A stretch of DNA of 32,000 bases, taken from Candidatus Heimdallarchaeota archaeon. Its GTDB lineage: Archaea; Asgardarchaeota; Heimdallarchaeia; Heimdallarchaeales; Heimdallarchaeaceae. Below, piece after piece: positions 1-23,405 of this stretch. The translations under genes and the position numbers were made by a program. The DNA is taken from NCBI GenBank assembly GCA_030668875.1, contig DAOVER010000010.1:50916-82915 (forward strand), written 5' to 3'. How positions within the stretch are numbered: the first letter of the stretch is position 1; each line of letters starts with the position of its first letter. The notes under the pieces were generated by a model. It ran no database searches. It was not told the DNA's origin and worked only from the letters and a program-made list of their open reading frames with translations.

Positions 1-708
1 AAAGAGAAAGCAGATAGAACAAGACCTAAAATAAATGATCTAATTAAGAAAGTAGAATATCACAAGAAAGTCTTTGTTGAGGAAGCATCAATTCGAAACC
101 GTTTAGAAGACGTTGGAGTCTTAACAAAAGATGATGCAAAGAAAACAACTCCAAATGGTCCAACTGGTAGAGCTTCAGGATTACCTTTTGATGTCAGAAA
201 AGCGTCTCCATATGAATTATATGACCAACTAGATTGGAATCTTGTTTACTACACCGAAGGAGATATCTTAGCAACAACTCTTGTAAGACTTGACGAGACA
301 TTAGAATCATTACGTATGTGTAATCAGATTTTAGATAAACTTGAAACTGCAGAGGGTGAATTGTTGGCAAGAGTAAGACCAAGAATTCCTGCAGGTGAAT
401 ATTTTGGGCGCGGTGAAGCTCCAAGAGGAGAAGATGTTCACTATGGTATAGCAAACGGAACTGATAAACCTGAAAGGTATAAAATCAGAGCTCCTTCCTT
501 AGGAAACATCGATGCAACTCTAAAAAGAATGGACGGCGAATATATCGCCGATATGCCTGTAGTACTACGTAGTTATGATCCATGCTTTTCCTGTACAAAC
601 AGAGTTATGATAGTTAATGACACTACAGGTGAGAAACTGATCATTGGTCAAGACGAATTTGCACATAAAGCTATCAAAGCAAAGAAGTATAATCGTCCAT
701 TTTTCTGA
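1..708 (+). CDS. Group 4 (energy-converting, membrane-bound) [NiFe]-hydrogenase large subunit, NuoD/EchE/MbhL-like; 5' end lies outside the window
   Basis: Frame +1 is open from base 1 (KEKADRTRPK...GPTGRASG...DVRK), so the ORF track start at 316 is internal. It contains GRGEAPRGE, KIRAPS and the L2 Ni-binding motif DPCFSCTNR (577-603), followed by a 34-aa C-terminal extension typical of protease-matured group 4 enzymes. Confidence 0.93.
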   Translation, partial: KEKADRTRPKINDLIKKVEYHKKVFVEEASIRNRLEDVGVLTKDDAKKTTPNGPTGRASGLPFDVRKASPYELYDQLDWNLVYYTEGDILATTLVRLDETLESLRMCNQILDKLETAEGELLARVRPRIPAGEYFGRGEAPRGEDVHYGIANGTDKPERYKIRAPSLGNIDATLKRMDGEYIADMPVVLRSYDPCFSCTNRVMIVNDTTGEKLIIGQDEFAHKAIKAKKYNRPFF

Positions 709-719
709 GGTGAAATGAA

Positions 720-1190
720 ATGAAAAAAATATTAGTAATGACTGGAGAAGTACTGAAAAATCAAGCGAAAGGACCTGTAACAAAACATGTTCTCAAAAGG
801 TTGGAAGAAAATCCAGCTCCTGAAGATATCAGAACAATCCCAATAATAATTGAAGATAGATGTATCCTTTGTGGAACATGTGTCGCTGTTTGCCCAACTC
901 ACTGTTTAGAGATGGAAAAAGACGACAAGGATAATGGAATGATCATTATGCATACACCCCAATGTATGTGGTGTGGACACTGTCAAACTTACTGTCCTAA
1001 AGATGCCATTCATATCGATAGAAATCCTGCAACATCAGTCCTATTCTCCTATAATGTACGACAAGATTATTCCATTTTAACAGCAAAAGGCAGCTTCAAA
1101 GGCGAGAAAGCAGACAAGAAAATAGAAGAAAAGGTTGCTAAAGGCGGTAAAAAGCTTGAAGAGCTTGAAAAGTTTAGGAGTGGAAAATAA
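720..1190 (+). CDS. 2x[4Fe-4S] ferredoxin-like subunit of the hydrogenase (NuoI/EchF/MbhN-like)
   Basis: Two CxxCxxCxxxCP motifs (CILCGTCVAVCP, CMWCGHCQTYCP); lies between the large and small subunit genes. Confidence 0.9.
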   Translation: MKKILVMTGEVLKNQAKGPVTKHVLKRLEENPAPEDIRTIPIIIEDRCILCGTCVAVCPTHCLEMEKDDKDNGMIIMHTPQCMWCGHCQTYCPKDAIHIDRNPATSVLFSYNVRQDYSILTAKGSFKGEKADKKIEEKVAKGGKKLEELEKFRSGK

Positions 1191-1666
1191 TGGGTTGGTT
1201 AAAGAAATTCGGAGTTAATTGTGCCGTAAAATCTCCTTGGATAATTCACATGAATGCAGGTGGATGTAACGGTTGTGATATCGAGATTGTTGATGCTTTG
1301 ACACCAAGGCATGATCTTGAACAATATGGTATAACCCTAAGAGGTACTCCACGCCAAGCAGATGTTTTAGTTATAACTGGTGGTGTAACACTGCAAGTTG
1401 CTGAAAGAGTTAAGCGTATTTATGAACAAATGCCCTTACCGAAATTTGTTGTAGCTGTTGGTAATTGTAGTACTTCAGGTGGAGTATTCCAAGAATGTCC
1501 ATGGGTTCTAGGTGGTTTGGATTATATCATACCTGTAGACGCTTATGTATATGGATGCCCCCCCAGACCAGAAAATATTGTCGCAGCTATTGCAACTCTT
1601 TTAGGCAAACTTAAAGACGATTTAATTGGTGTAGAGAAAAAGGAAATTGAAGTTGAACAAGAGTAG
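1190..1666 (+). CDS. [NiFe]-hydrogenase small subunit (NuoB/EchC/MbhJ-like)
   Basis: GGCNGCDIEI, TPRQADVLVITG, AVGNCSTSGG and GCPPRPE motifs; TAATG stop/start overlap with the upstream gene. Confidence 0.93.
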   Translation: MGWLKKFGVNCAVKSPWIIHMNAGGCNGCDIEIVDALTPRHDLEQYGITLRGTPRQADVLVITGGVTLQVAERVKRIYEQMPLPKFVVAVGNCSTSGGVFQECPWVLGGLDYIIPVDAYVYGCPPRPENIVAAIATLLGKLKDDLIGVEKKEIEVEQE

Positions 1667-1671
1667 AAACT

Positions 1672-2922
1672 TCACGACTTTTCTTTCTTATTTTTTATTT
1701 TTATTGTTAAAAACTTGTTTTTAGATTCTTTGTCATTGTTACTGAGAAAGTTGTGAAAGAAGTTGATGTAGAAAACTGCAGATAAAATCAAGATTGTTGT
1801 TGCAATGAATATTGGTTCTATTACTGAACTTACTTCATTTGTAAGAAGAATAGGGGAGAAAGTTAGTGTCGATACTGAACGCGATAATGAAACATAGAAT
1901 CCTAGAGCGCCTAAAGCTATTCCTCGTTGATTTGGCTTTGATTCTATTGTTGTTCCTGTATTTACGCCAATATAACTTGTCAGACTACTTGCGCTGAACA
2001 AAATATAGATGACTATCAACCAAGGTAGAGTATCCACGATTACCATAAACACAAGCATTGTTGATGAAAATATCAAAGTTACAAAAATGGGAATTTTGTA
2101 GCTAAATTTGTCAACTAATTTTCCGAAAAATGGTTTGAAGAAAATCAAAACACCTGAGCTGATCCAGAATATTGTACTTACCGAGTCATCAGAAAAACCC
2201 TTAGAAACTACTAAGAATGGGAAAAATGCTGTGATTATATATTCCAAGAATCCAATACACAATTGCAGAAGATAGATGATACGTAGTTTTTTCTCTTTTG
2301 ATATTTTAGTTAAATTTCTAAATGTTTCAGTAAAAGCTTTTCCAAGAGATTTCATCTTAGAACCTACTTCCAATCTATCTTCTTTCTGTAGCACCTCTGG
2401 GAGAAAAAATGACATGAAAATAACACCAATAAGCGAGATTCCAGCACCCCAACCAAACAAAACTTGTAACTCTACGTGAAATGTTTTAAGCAAGAGTACC
2501 GCCAATAAAGAACCCAATATTGTACCAATGTCAGTTCCTTGAAATACTCGACCTTGAAGTTGTCCAATGTTTTCCTTCTCTATATCACCGATATATGCAA
2601 AGAGAACAGGCCAAAAGCAAGACATTCCAATTGCAAGAAATGTGATAGCTACTAATACAATAATCCAATGATAGGCTAAAGACATGAAGAAAAGACTGAT
2701 TGTGTAACAGCTTATTCCGACTATTAACAAAGGTTTACGCCCCACTATTTGGGAGAATTGTCCAAGAGGTACTCTCAAGAAAATTTGATAGATATTTCGA
2801 AATGCTAAAATCAGAGCAATTAACCAGGCTGCAGTATGTATATCTTCTAGATGAAGACCTACATACGACATAAAAATAACTAGGGGAAAAACACCAATGA
2901 TTCCGAGAATAACTAAGGACAA
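1672..2922 (-). CDS. Major facilitator superfamily transporter (start uncertain: TTG 2922 or CTG 3000)
   Basis: About 12 hydrophobic segments in two halves; motif A-like loops GQFSQIVGRKP and GKLVDKFSYK. Confidence 0.85.
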   Translation of the reverse strand: MSLVILGIIGVFPLVIFMSYVGLHLEDIHTAAWLIALILAFRNIYQIFLRVPLGQFSQIVGRKPLLIVGISCYTISLFFMSLAYHWIIVLVAITFLAIGMSCFWPVLFAYIGDIEKENIGQLQGRVFQGTDIGTILGSLLAVLLLKTFHVELQVLFGWGAGISLIGVIFMSFFLPEVLQKEDRLEVGSKMKSLGKAFTETFRNLTKISKEKKLRIIYLLQLCIGFLEYIITAFFPFLVVSKGFSDDSVSTIFWISSGVLIFFKPFFGKLVDKFSYKIPIFVTLIFSSTMLVFMVIVDTLPWLIVIYILFSASSLTSYIGVNTGTTIESKPNQRGIALGALGFYVSLSRSVSTLTFSPILLTNEVSSVIEPIFIATTILILSAVFYINFFHNFLSNNDKESKNKFLTIKIKNKKEKS

Positions 2923-3147
2923 ACGTCGACGATCATTTAAGTAAAGAGTGTTTACTAAATATCTCTTAACTTTTAAGAAGAATATTTCATCTTGTTTCAG
3001 TTGTTTCGGTCCCCTTCTTGTTTTGAAGTTAAATTTGCAATATAAAAGTAATGGATACTGTGTAACACAGTTTACGGGGAAAATAATCGTGTTTCCTTTT
3101 CCGTAATTTTAAAATAGACACGCGCCATATTCTATTTAGTGTAGCTT

Positions 3148-3735
3148 ATGTATAATCAACCTCAATCAGCTGTTCCACCCGACAAGATTATTCAACAAAT
3201 GATAGTTCAAGCAATACAAGCATTTTACATTCAAGATTATGATACTGGTCTGTATTTCTTAAATCAAATCAAAACTAATCTACCTCGATATTTGTATCAG
3301 ATTAGTCCTTCTAATAAGAAATTATGTAAAGAAATCGTAAAATTATTACAAGATGGAAGCCTAGTCCCAGATCGAACTTCACAAACAGATCAAGAAACCG
3401 CAGCCACCTCTCACCCAGGTTTATCAGGAATTACATCAGGATTTGATCAACAAGACGCAAGTTCAGCAGATCCTGAACCAATTCAAGAGCCAACATTTGC
3501 TCAATCTGTTGAACCAGAAGTGCAACCTCAATCTTTTGCTGCACCTGAAGAAACAGCACAACCTGCACCTTCTTTTCAACCAATAGAAGAGGAGGAAGCA
3601 CCAAAAGGTACAGTTCCAACAGAATTCATATCTGAACTTTCTTCTGCCGTTGCTACTGTCAAGGATAAGAAGAAGAAAAAAGTAACTGAAAAACTTACAG
3701 GATCAATGGATGAATTAGAGGATTTTGATTTTTAA
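3148..3735 (+). CDS. Hypothetical protein: helical N-terminal domain, P/Q/E/A-rich disordered linker, basic then acidic C-terminus
   Basis: 195-aa ORF with ATG start and a T-rich tract right after the stop; no family recognised. Confidence 0.65.
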   Translation: MYNQPQSAVPPDKIIQQMIVQAIQAFYIQDYDTGLYFLNQIKTNLPRYLYQISPSNKKLCKEIVKLLQDGSLVPDRTSQTDQETAATSHPGLSGITSGFDQQDASSADPEPIQEPTFAQSVEPEVQPQSFAAPEETAQPAPSFQPIEEEEAPKGTVPTEFISELSSAVATVKDKKKKKVTEKLTGSMDELEDFDF

Positions 3736-3751
3736 TATTTTTCTTTTTCTT

Positions 3752-4138
3752 TTAATCGTCAATTCTGTCTGGAATCAATCTCCAATCTCTTTTTACAAGT
3801 AAATCTACAGATTTTTCAACGTGTTTAATGGTTGTTTTTAATCTTTCTTTTAGAATATCTTGAGCAGTTGAAGAATAAATGTGCCTCATTCCACCATTTG
3901 GAAGCATTTCAATTTCCTTTGTAATTAATGCTTGTCTAATAAGTCTCTGAACCAACCTAACGGCCGTTGAACGATCTCTTTCTACAAAATCTGCTATTTC
4001 CTTTATTGTTTTTTTTTGTTTTAGTGCGTAAAAGTAGATTTTCACATGTAATGGCTTTAAACCAAATAGACATTCGAAAATATCACATTTTCCACCTTCG
4101 TTTATGACTTCTGGAAGATTAATTAAACAACGATGCAT
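3752..4138 (-). CDS. TrmB-like winged helix-turn-helix transcriptional regulator
   Basis: CLFGLKPLHVKIYFYAL...TIKEIADFVERDRSTAVRLVQRL...GGMRHIY pattern of small archaeal HTH regulators. Confidence 0.8.
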   Translation of the reverse strand: MHRCLINLPEVINEGGKCDIFECLFGLKPLHVKIYFYALKQKKTIKEIADFVERDRSTAVRLVQRLIRQALITKEIEMLPNGGMRHIYSSTAQDILKERLKTTIKHVEKSVDLLVKRDWRLIPDRIDD

Positions 4139-4251
4139 CTCGAGTGTGTGTAAAATATGCGCACATAAGAATGTTTTGCTTCTACGAATTTGTAGTATAG
4201 AACAATTTAAAAGAGAGTGTGCGACAAAGGCACACAGCGTAAGTGTTTATT

Positions 4252-4680
4252 ATGGATAAAGAGTTAGAGCGCATAAAAAAAGATAAAATGGCACAATTAA
4301 TGAAAAGAGATATACCAACTGTTGGAAACTTCCCACACAGAGGAATAACAGAGCTGGATGACAAAACCTTCGGTGATTTTGTTAAACAACAAGGCATAGT
4401 TGTAATTGATTGTTGGGCAGTATGGTGTGGTCCTTGTCGAACTATGGAACCAGTTATGGAACAATTAGCAGAAGAATATGCTGGTAAGGTTACTATTGGA
4501 AAATTAAACGTAGATCAAAACCAACAAACATCTATGCGATATGGAATTTCATCAATACCAAATTTCCTAGTCTTTCAAAATGGAGAATATCTAGGTAATG
4601 TTGTAGGAGCAGTTGGAAAGAAACCATTTCAGAAACTTTTCAAAAAGATACTTTCAGGAGAACTTGATAAGAGAGAATGA
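4252..4680 (+). CDS. trxA: Thioredoxin
   Basis: WCGPC active site, GKLNVD and SIPNF cis-Pro loop; archaeal-type N-terminal helix DKELERIK. ATG 4252 preferred over GTG 4243. Confidence 0.95.
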   Translation: MDKELERIKKDKMAQLMKRDIPTVGNFPHRGITELDDKTFGDFVKQQGIVVIDCWAVWCGPCRTMEPVMEQLAEEYAGKVTIGKLNVDQNQQTSMRYGISSIPNFLVFQNGEYLGNVVGAVGKKPFQKLFKKILSGELDKRE

Positions 4681-4685
4681 TATTC

Positions 4686-11931
<7,246 letters not shown>

Positions 11932-12143
11932 TCAGATTTTGTTTCCAAAAATTGGAATTAGTTTTTTACCATTTAACGCTTTTAGTCGGATGGTTTCCCC
12001 TAAATATACGCTACTAAAATTGAGAGTTTATCATATAAAAAGAAATTGGTATACCATAGTGTTTTAAGGGCATAAGAGCGTGAAATAAGGCGTTTTTTCA
12101 GTTATATTTATCACAGTCTAGTCAAAGGTGAAAAAAAGAAGCA

Positions 12144-12426
12144 TTATGGGACAATTTTTGTCCCTGATTTTCCTTGAATTGCAGCAATTGCATTTTCAGA
12201 ATTAGTAATAATTGTAAAACCTTGTGTTTCCTTAACAAAGCTGATTCCAGTTTCCATTTTAGAACCCATGCTCCCCTTAATGAAATGCCCATCATTATTG
12301 TATTGATTGCTAGAGCTAAACCAATTTCCCAATAGATTCTTGGTCATCAGTATTATAATTCAAGTATGCATTCGAAACATTGGTGAGAATTATAAGAGTC
12401 TTTGTACCAATTTGTGAAGCCAACAC
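12144..12426 (-). pseudogene. arcC: Carbamate kinase C-terminal remnant, frameshifted
   Basis: One frame reads LASQIGTKTLIILTNVSNAYLNYNTDDQESIGKLV* (stop 12318-12316); a shifted frame continues GHFIKGSMGSK...IITNSENAIAAIQGKSGTKIV. Both match the carbamate kinase C-terminus; the N-terminal two-thirds is absent. Confidence 0.8.
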
Positions 12427-12504
12427 TTTGTTGGGTGAGGTTTGCATATAAAATTCTTTTTTAATGTCTCACATGAAAGAATGGGAAAAAGAGTTATAGT
12501 TTTG

Positions 12505-13896
<1,392 letters not shown>

Positions 13897-13998
13897 TTAA
13901 AATAATAAAAAAACGATTAAGTTATCAATAATTGGCAATAGAAAGATTTTTGGATTGAGCCAAGAAAAGTGAGAAATAACAAGTTTACTGTGACAAAA

Positions 13999-14646
13999 AT
14001 GAGCACGTTTGAACAAAAGGCCCCAATACTACTTTTTGCAATCGACATAGTTGATGGACATCTGATAAAAGAAGAAGGAGAGTTTGGTCGTTGGGTATTG
14101 ATAACCACTAATAACGAAAAAATCTACAAGGTAAGAATCAATGGTACAATAGTAGACAAATATCATAGCTCAAGTGATGGAGCCAAAAAAGCATTCACAA
14201 CACTAACTTTAGACGATGGAACAGCAACAGTCAGAATAAAAGCCTGGGAAGAAACTGCAGAATTCTTGAACAGTTTTATTATTGGTAATGATGTTGATCT
14301 AATTGGAAAAACTAGGTCAAGTGAGGATGAAGTATACATTATACCTGAATCAGTGGTTATAATTGAAGATCCAAATAAGGAACTTTATCTGCGTGCTAAA
14401 AAAATAAAGCGCTACTCAAAGAATAATCTAATTATATCCAAGGAAGTACAAGCTACTCCTGAGCACAATCAAGAACAAAAAGAGAAAATATGGATCCTGA
14501 TTTCGGATTCTGAAGAGGGAACGGAGTTGGAAGAAATTATGGAAAAAACCAAATTGGATAAAGCAACTGTTGAATCAATCATCCATGATTTACTCAATGA
14601 CGGAGATATATATGAACCAAGTGCTCTAAAATTTAAAAAAATCTGA
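13999..14646 (+). CDS. RPA2/RPA32-like ssDNA-binding subunit (OB fold plus C-terminal winged helix); alternative GTG start at 13969
   Basis: KVRINGTIV...LTLDDGTATVRIKAW OB-fold signature; C-terminal wH ending LLNDGDIYEP. Confidence 0.82.
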   Translation: MSTFEQKAPILLFAIDIVDGHLIKEEGEFGRWVLITTNNEKIYKVRINGTIVDKYHSSSDGAKKAFTTLTLDDGTATVRIKAWEETAEFLNSFIIGNDVDLIGKTRSSEDEVYIIPESVVIIEDPNKELYLRAKKIKRYSKNNLIISKEVQATPEHNQEQKEKIWILISDSEEGTELEEIMEKTKLDKATVESIIHDLLNDGDIYEPSALKFKKI

Positions 14647-14657
14647 CAAAAATTGTT

Positions 14658-15020
<363 letters not shown>

Positions 15021-15147
15021 TTAGCCCGAGTCGAAAGTTATTTCCCTATTTTTAAATTTTATGTCTGAAATAATAGAAAATAATGAAGGAAGACGCGTCA
15101 AAAATAGTTTAAAATGTGTTTAATAAAGAAACACAAGTAGATTCATG

Positions 15148-15175
15148 AAAAAATTTGTAAGGTAAACGTAAAAAA
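15148..15175 (-). terminator. Oligo-U terminator of the 5S transcription unit
   Basis: T6 (15175-15170) immediately after the terminal stem and a second T6 at 15153-15148 on the minus strand. Confidence 0.7.
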
Positions 15176-15357
<182 letters not shown>

Positions 15358-15378
15358 AAAAACAAGGAAAATAGATTC

Positions 15379-15393
15379 CTTTTTAAGTTTACT
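15379..15393 (-). promoter_or_regulatory. BRE/TATA promoter of the 5S gene
   Basis: AGTAAAC-TTAAAAAG on the minus strand (TATA 15386-15379). About 25 nt spacing puts the start site near G15357, the base just before the terminal stem. Confidence 0.72.
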
Positions 15394-15484
15394 ATTGGAG
15401 ACAAATGATTTATCAATTTAGGGACATTTTGAAATAAGTTGAAATGTTCATTAAAGCCTTGAGATTGATGCTTGATTTATCAGA

Positions 15485-16367
15485 TCAAGCAGGTTTCTCT
15501 TCTATAGGTTTTAGATCAGTTGAGCATATTCTTCTTATTATCAGTTTGATTCCGAAGTAAAGAAGAATCAACCCCAGAACTATTAGATTAACATACCAAA
15601 ACTCTCGAGGCAGATAATCATACCACATGACTATTGGTATAATATCAGTATAAGGAGCTATTTCAACAAGCAGGCGTATATGTCCCATGAAAACAGTATA
15701 AATCACGGCAATTAACAAAAATCTTTTCCAATGTTTTATCATTGTAATTTCCTTTTTCTTTTTATATTTTGCAAAAATCCTTGGAAGGAACATTCCTGTA
15801 TTTATCAGATAATCTAGATAAGCATCTCCATATTCCTTCAGAAGTTTTTTTTTCTTCTAGTTCAGAAATAACAATAAAAAATAACGCTATCAGAGACCAA
15901 GATAAAATCGATCCTATTCTAATATAAGGGTGAATCGCCCATGGAAGATAGAGTGAATTAGCCAAAGTCATTAAGATTAACCCAAAATGTTGTGGATGTC
16001 GAATGAACTTATAGGGACCCCCTGTAGCTAAAACCTGTTTTTCCCGTTTAACTTTTGCTAAATATATCAAACCCCAGAGAAATAGTGTCAAACCAATTAT
16101 AAACAGAATTGATTCGATTACTATCAAAATAATAAGAGCAATTTCTGATCTTATTTGTATTAGCGTTAGCATCCAATTTGTCCCAAAAAAGGAGAAAATC
16201 CACCAAGAAGCAAAAGCAAATGGCAAATACCAAGCCATTGCTATAAGTATACCAGCAATAACTGGAGTATAAATCCAAACTAAGGATAGTATCCACAATA
16301 CTTTTTCCATTATTTTTACAAATAGCTTTCTATTTCTAGCAATCAATCTTCTATTTTCTTTATCCAC
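15485..16367 (-). pseudogene. ICMT/PEMT-family membrane methyltransferase split by a +1 frameshift in an A9 run
   Basis: LATGGPYKFIRHPQH motif. Removing one A from the run at 15853-15845 joins ORFs 15762-16367 and 15485-15793 and restores EEKKLLKEYGDAYLDYLINTGMFLPR, the family's conserved C-terminal pattern (293 aa in total). Confidence 0.82.
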
Positions 16368-16512
16368 AAGGCAAAGTCAGTGTTTTTGTTTATAAAAAAG
16401 TTGTTGAGTTTATTCTTGTAGGATATGTAAACGACAATTCTTAAAGAATGATTATCTAATGTTACAAGGACGAAATATTTAAATTTTTATCGTAAAGATG
16501 AAACAAGAGCAC

Positions 16513-16595
16513 GCTGAGATACTCAAGTGGTATGAGGGTAGATTGCTAATCTATTGTCAGTAGACTCCCGGGTTCAAATCCCGGTCTCAGCTCCA
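16513..16595 (+). tRNA. tRNA-Ser(GCT), intronless, CCA encoded
   Basis: Acceptor GCTGAGA/TCTCAGC, D-stem CTCA/TGAG, anticodon stem GTAGA/TCTAT with GCT at 16545-16547, variable arm GTC-AGTA-GAC, T-arm CCGGG-TTCAAAT-CCCGG. TTTAAA box about 30 nt upstream. Confidence 0.95.
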
Positions 16596-16624
16596 TTCTT
16601 TTCTATGTATGTTTTAATCCATAA

Positions 16625-17425
16625 TTAGCTAATTAGAGCACTTAATCCTTTACCTATTCCATATGCTGCCGCTGCTGCAATTCCACCTAACGCTAACATC
16701 TCCAATCCAGAACGGATGAAGTTCTTTCCTGTCACTTTCACCTTCAAAGATCCTAGTACAAAAAGGGTTAACCCAGTTAGAATGCAAGCTAATAGAAATG
16801 ACAATGATGGATTATCTCTAAGATAAGGTATCAATTGAGCTATTACATATGTAATTAATGGTACAAAACCAAAAACAGCAAATGATAGAAAGGTTGCAAC
16901 ACCATTTTTTATTGGAGAATCATCTGTTTCAATTATACCTAACTCCTCTGCCATCATGATGTCGACCCAGGCCTTTGGATATTTTGAGATTATTTCAATT
17001 ATTGTTTGAGCATCTTCTGAACTCATCCCTTTATCTTCATATATTTCTATCATCTCTTTCTTTTCACCTTCAGGATAATGTTCAACTTCCCACTCTTCCC
17101 TTTCTCTTTCCCCTTGTTCATATTCTCGTTCGGATTTTGAACTTAGATAATCTCCTATACCCATTGAGAGCCCATCAGCTAAAAGATTAGCAAAACCCAA
17201 GATTATTATTGCCTCAAACATAAGATCTGCTCCGACCACACCCGCAACAATAGCAAATGTAGTAATTATTCCATCTACACCGCCGTAAATTAGGCTTTTA
17301 ACGTATTTCCCCGCCTCTCTTTGATGACGTTCCGGTGCTTGTACGGAATGAGCTATTTTCATTTTTTCCACATCTTTTTCTTTGTAAGCTTCCTTCGCTT
17401 TTTCTAGATCTCTGCTTGCTGCCAT
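16625..17425 (-). CDS. VIT1/CCC1 family Fe/Mn transporter
   Basis: YGGVDGIITTFA, ANLLADGLSMGIGDYLS, Glu-rich cytoplasmic metal-binding segment, MMAEELG. Confidence 0.93.
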   Translation of the reverse strand: MAASRDLEKAKEAYKEKDVEKMKIAHSVQAPERHQREAGKYVKSLIYGGVDGIITTFAIVAGVVGADLMFEAIIILGFANLLADGLSMGIGDYLSSKSEREYEQGEREREEWEVEHYPEGEKKEMIEIYEDKGMSSEDAQTIIEIISKYPKAWVDIMMAEELGIIETDDSPIKNGVATFLSFAVFGFVPLITYVIAQLIPYLRDNPSLSFLLACILTGLTLFVLGSLKVKVTGKNFIRSGLEMLALGGIAAAAAYGIGKGLSALIS

Positions 17426-17470
17426 AATTCGACAATCTCCTTATGGATTATTTTAAAGAAAGCTACATAA

Positions 17471-20941
<3,471 letters not shown>

Positions 20942-21141
20942 ATTAGAAATAATTTATTTTTACAATAATTTACTAACACTGCTCTTATTACAATGAGAGT
21001 GAAGAAATACCTATTTTATTAGCCAACTACTGACGATAAACCTTAAAAATTAGCTCTTATTCACTATCAATATCGCATTTGTGACCCCTATTAGAGGTTA
21101 CGTGGTGAACTAATAAAAAATAGTCCTTAATGGAGGATTAG

Positions 21142-23073
<1,932 letters not shown>

Positions 23074-23077
<4 letters not shown>

Positions 23078-23400
23078 TTGAACAACTTCACTTACTAATT
23101 TTAGCAATAATCCTATTTGGTGTAGGGTTATACGCAATATTAGGAAAGAGAAATGTGATTAAAATCCTAATGGGTATTGAAATTATGACAATAGCTGTAA
23201 ATGTAGCTTTTATTGCATTGGGAACAGAACTTGGAGCAACTCCAGCCGATTCAATATTCGTGAAGTTTGCACAAATATTCCCATTGATTTCCTTAGCTGT
23301 AGGAGCAGCTGTCATTGCGGTTGGACTCGCAATCGTCATCAACAACTATAGACACACAAAAGGTGTGGATAGTGATGAAATGTCCACATTAAAAAGGTGA
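23074..23400 (+). CDS. NuoK/MrpC-like membrane subunit
   Basis: GLYAILGKRNVIKILMGIEIM...AVGLA; three TM segments; ATGA overlap. Confidence 0.88.
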
Positions 23401-23405
23401 TATAA

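Noticed and set aside
706-708. TGA at the end of the hydrogenase large subunit as selenocysteine
   Set aside because: All visible metal ligands are Cys codons, the TGA follows a normal cleavable tail, and the next gene starts 11 nt later.
20981-21110. GCTCTTATT direct repeat and an imperfect hairpin (GTGACCCCT-ATT-AGAGGTTAC) upstream of the membrane-arm operon
   Set aside because: Short and imperfect in AT-rich DNA; no riboswitch or operator consensus recognised.
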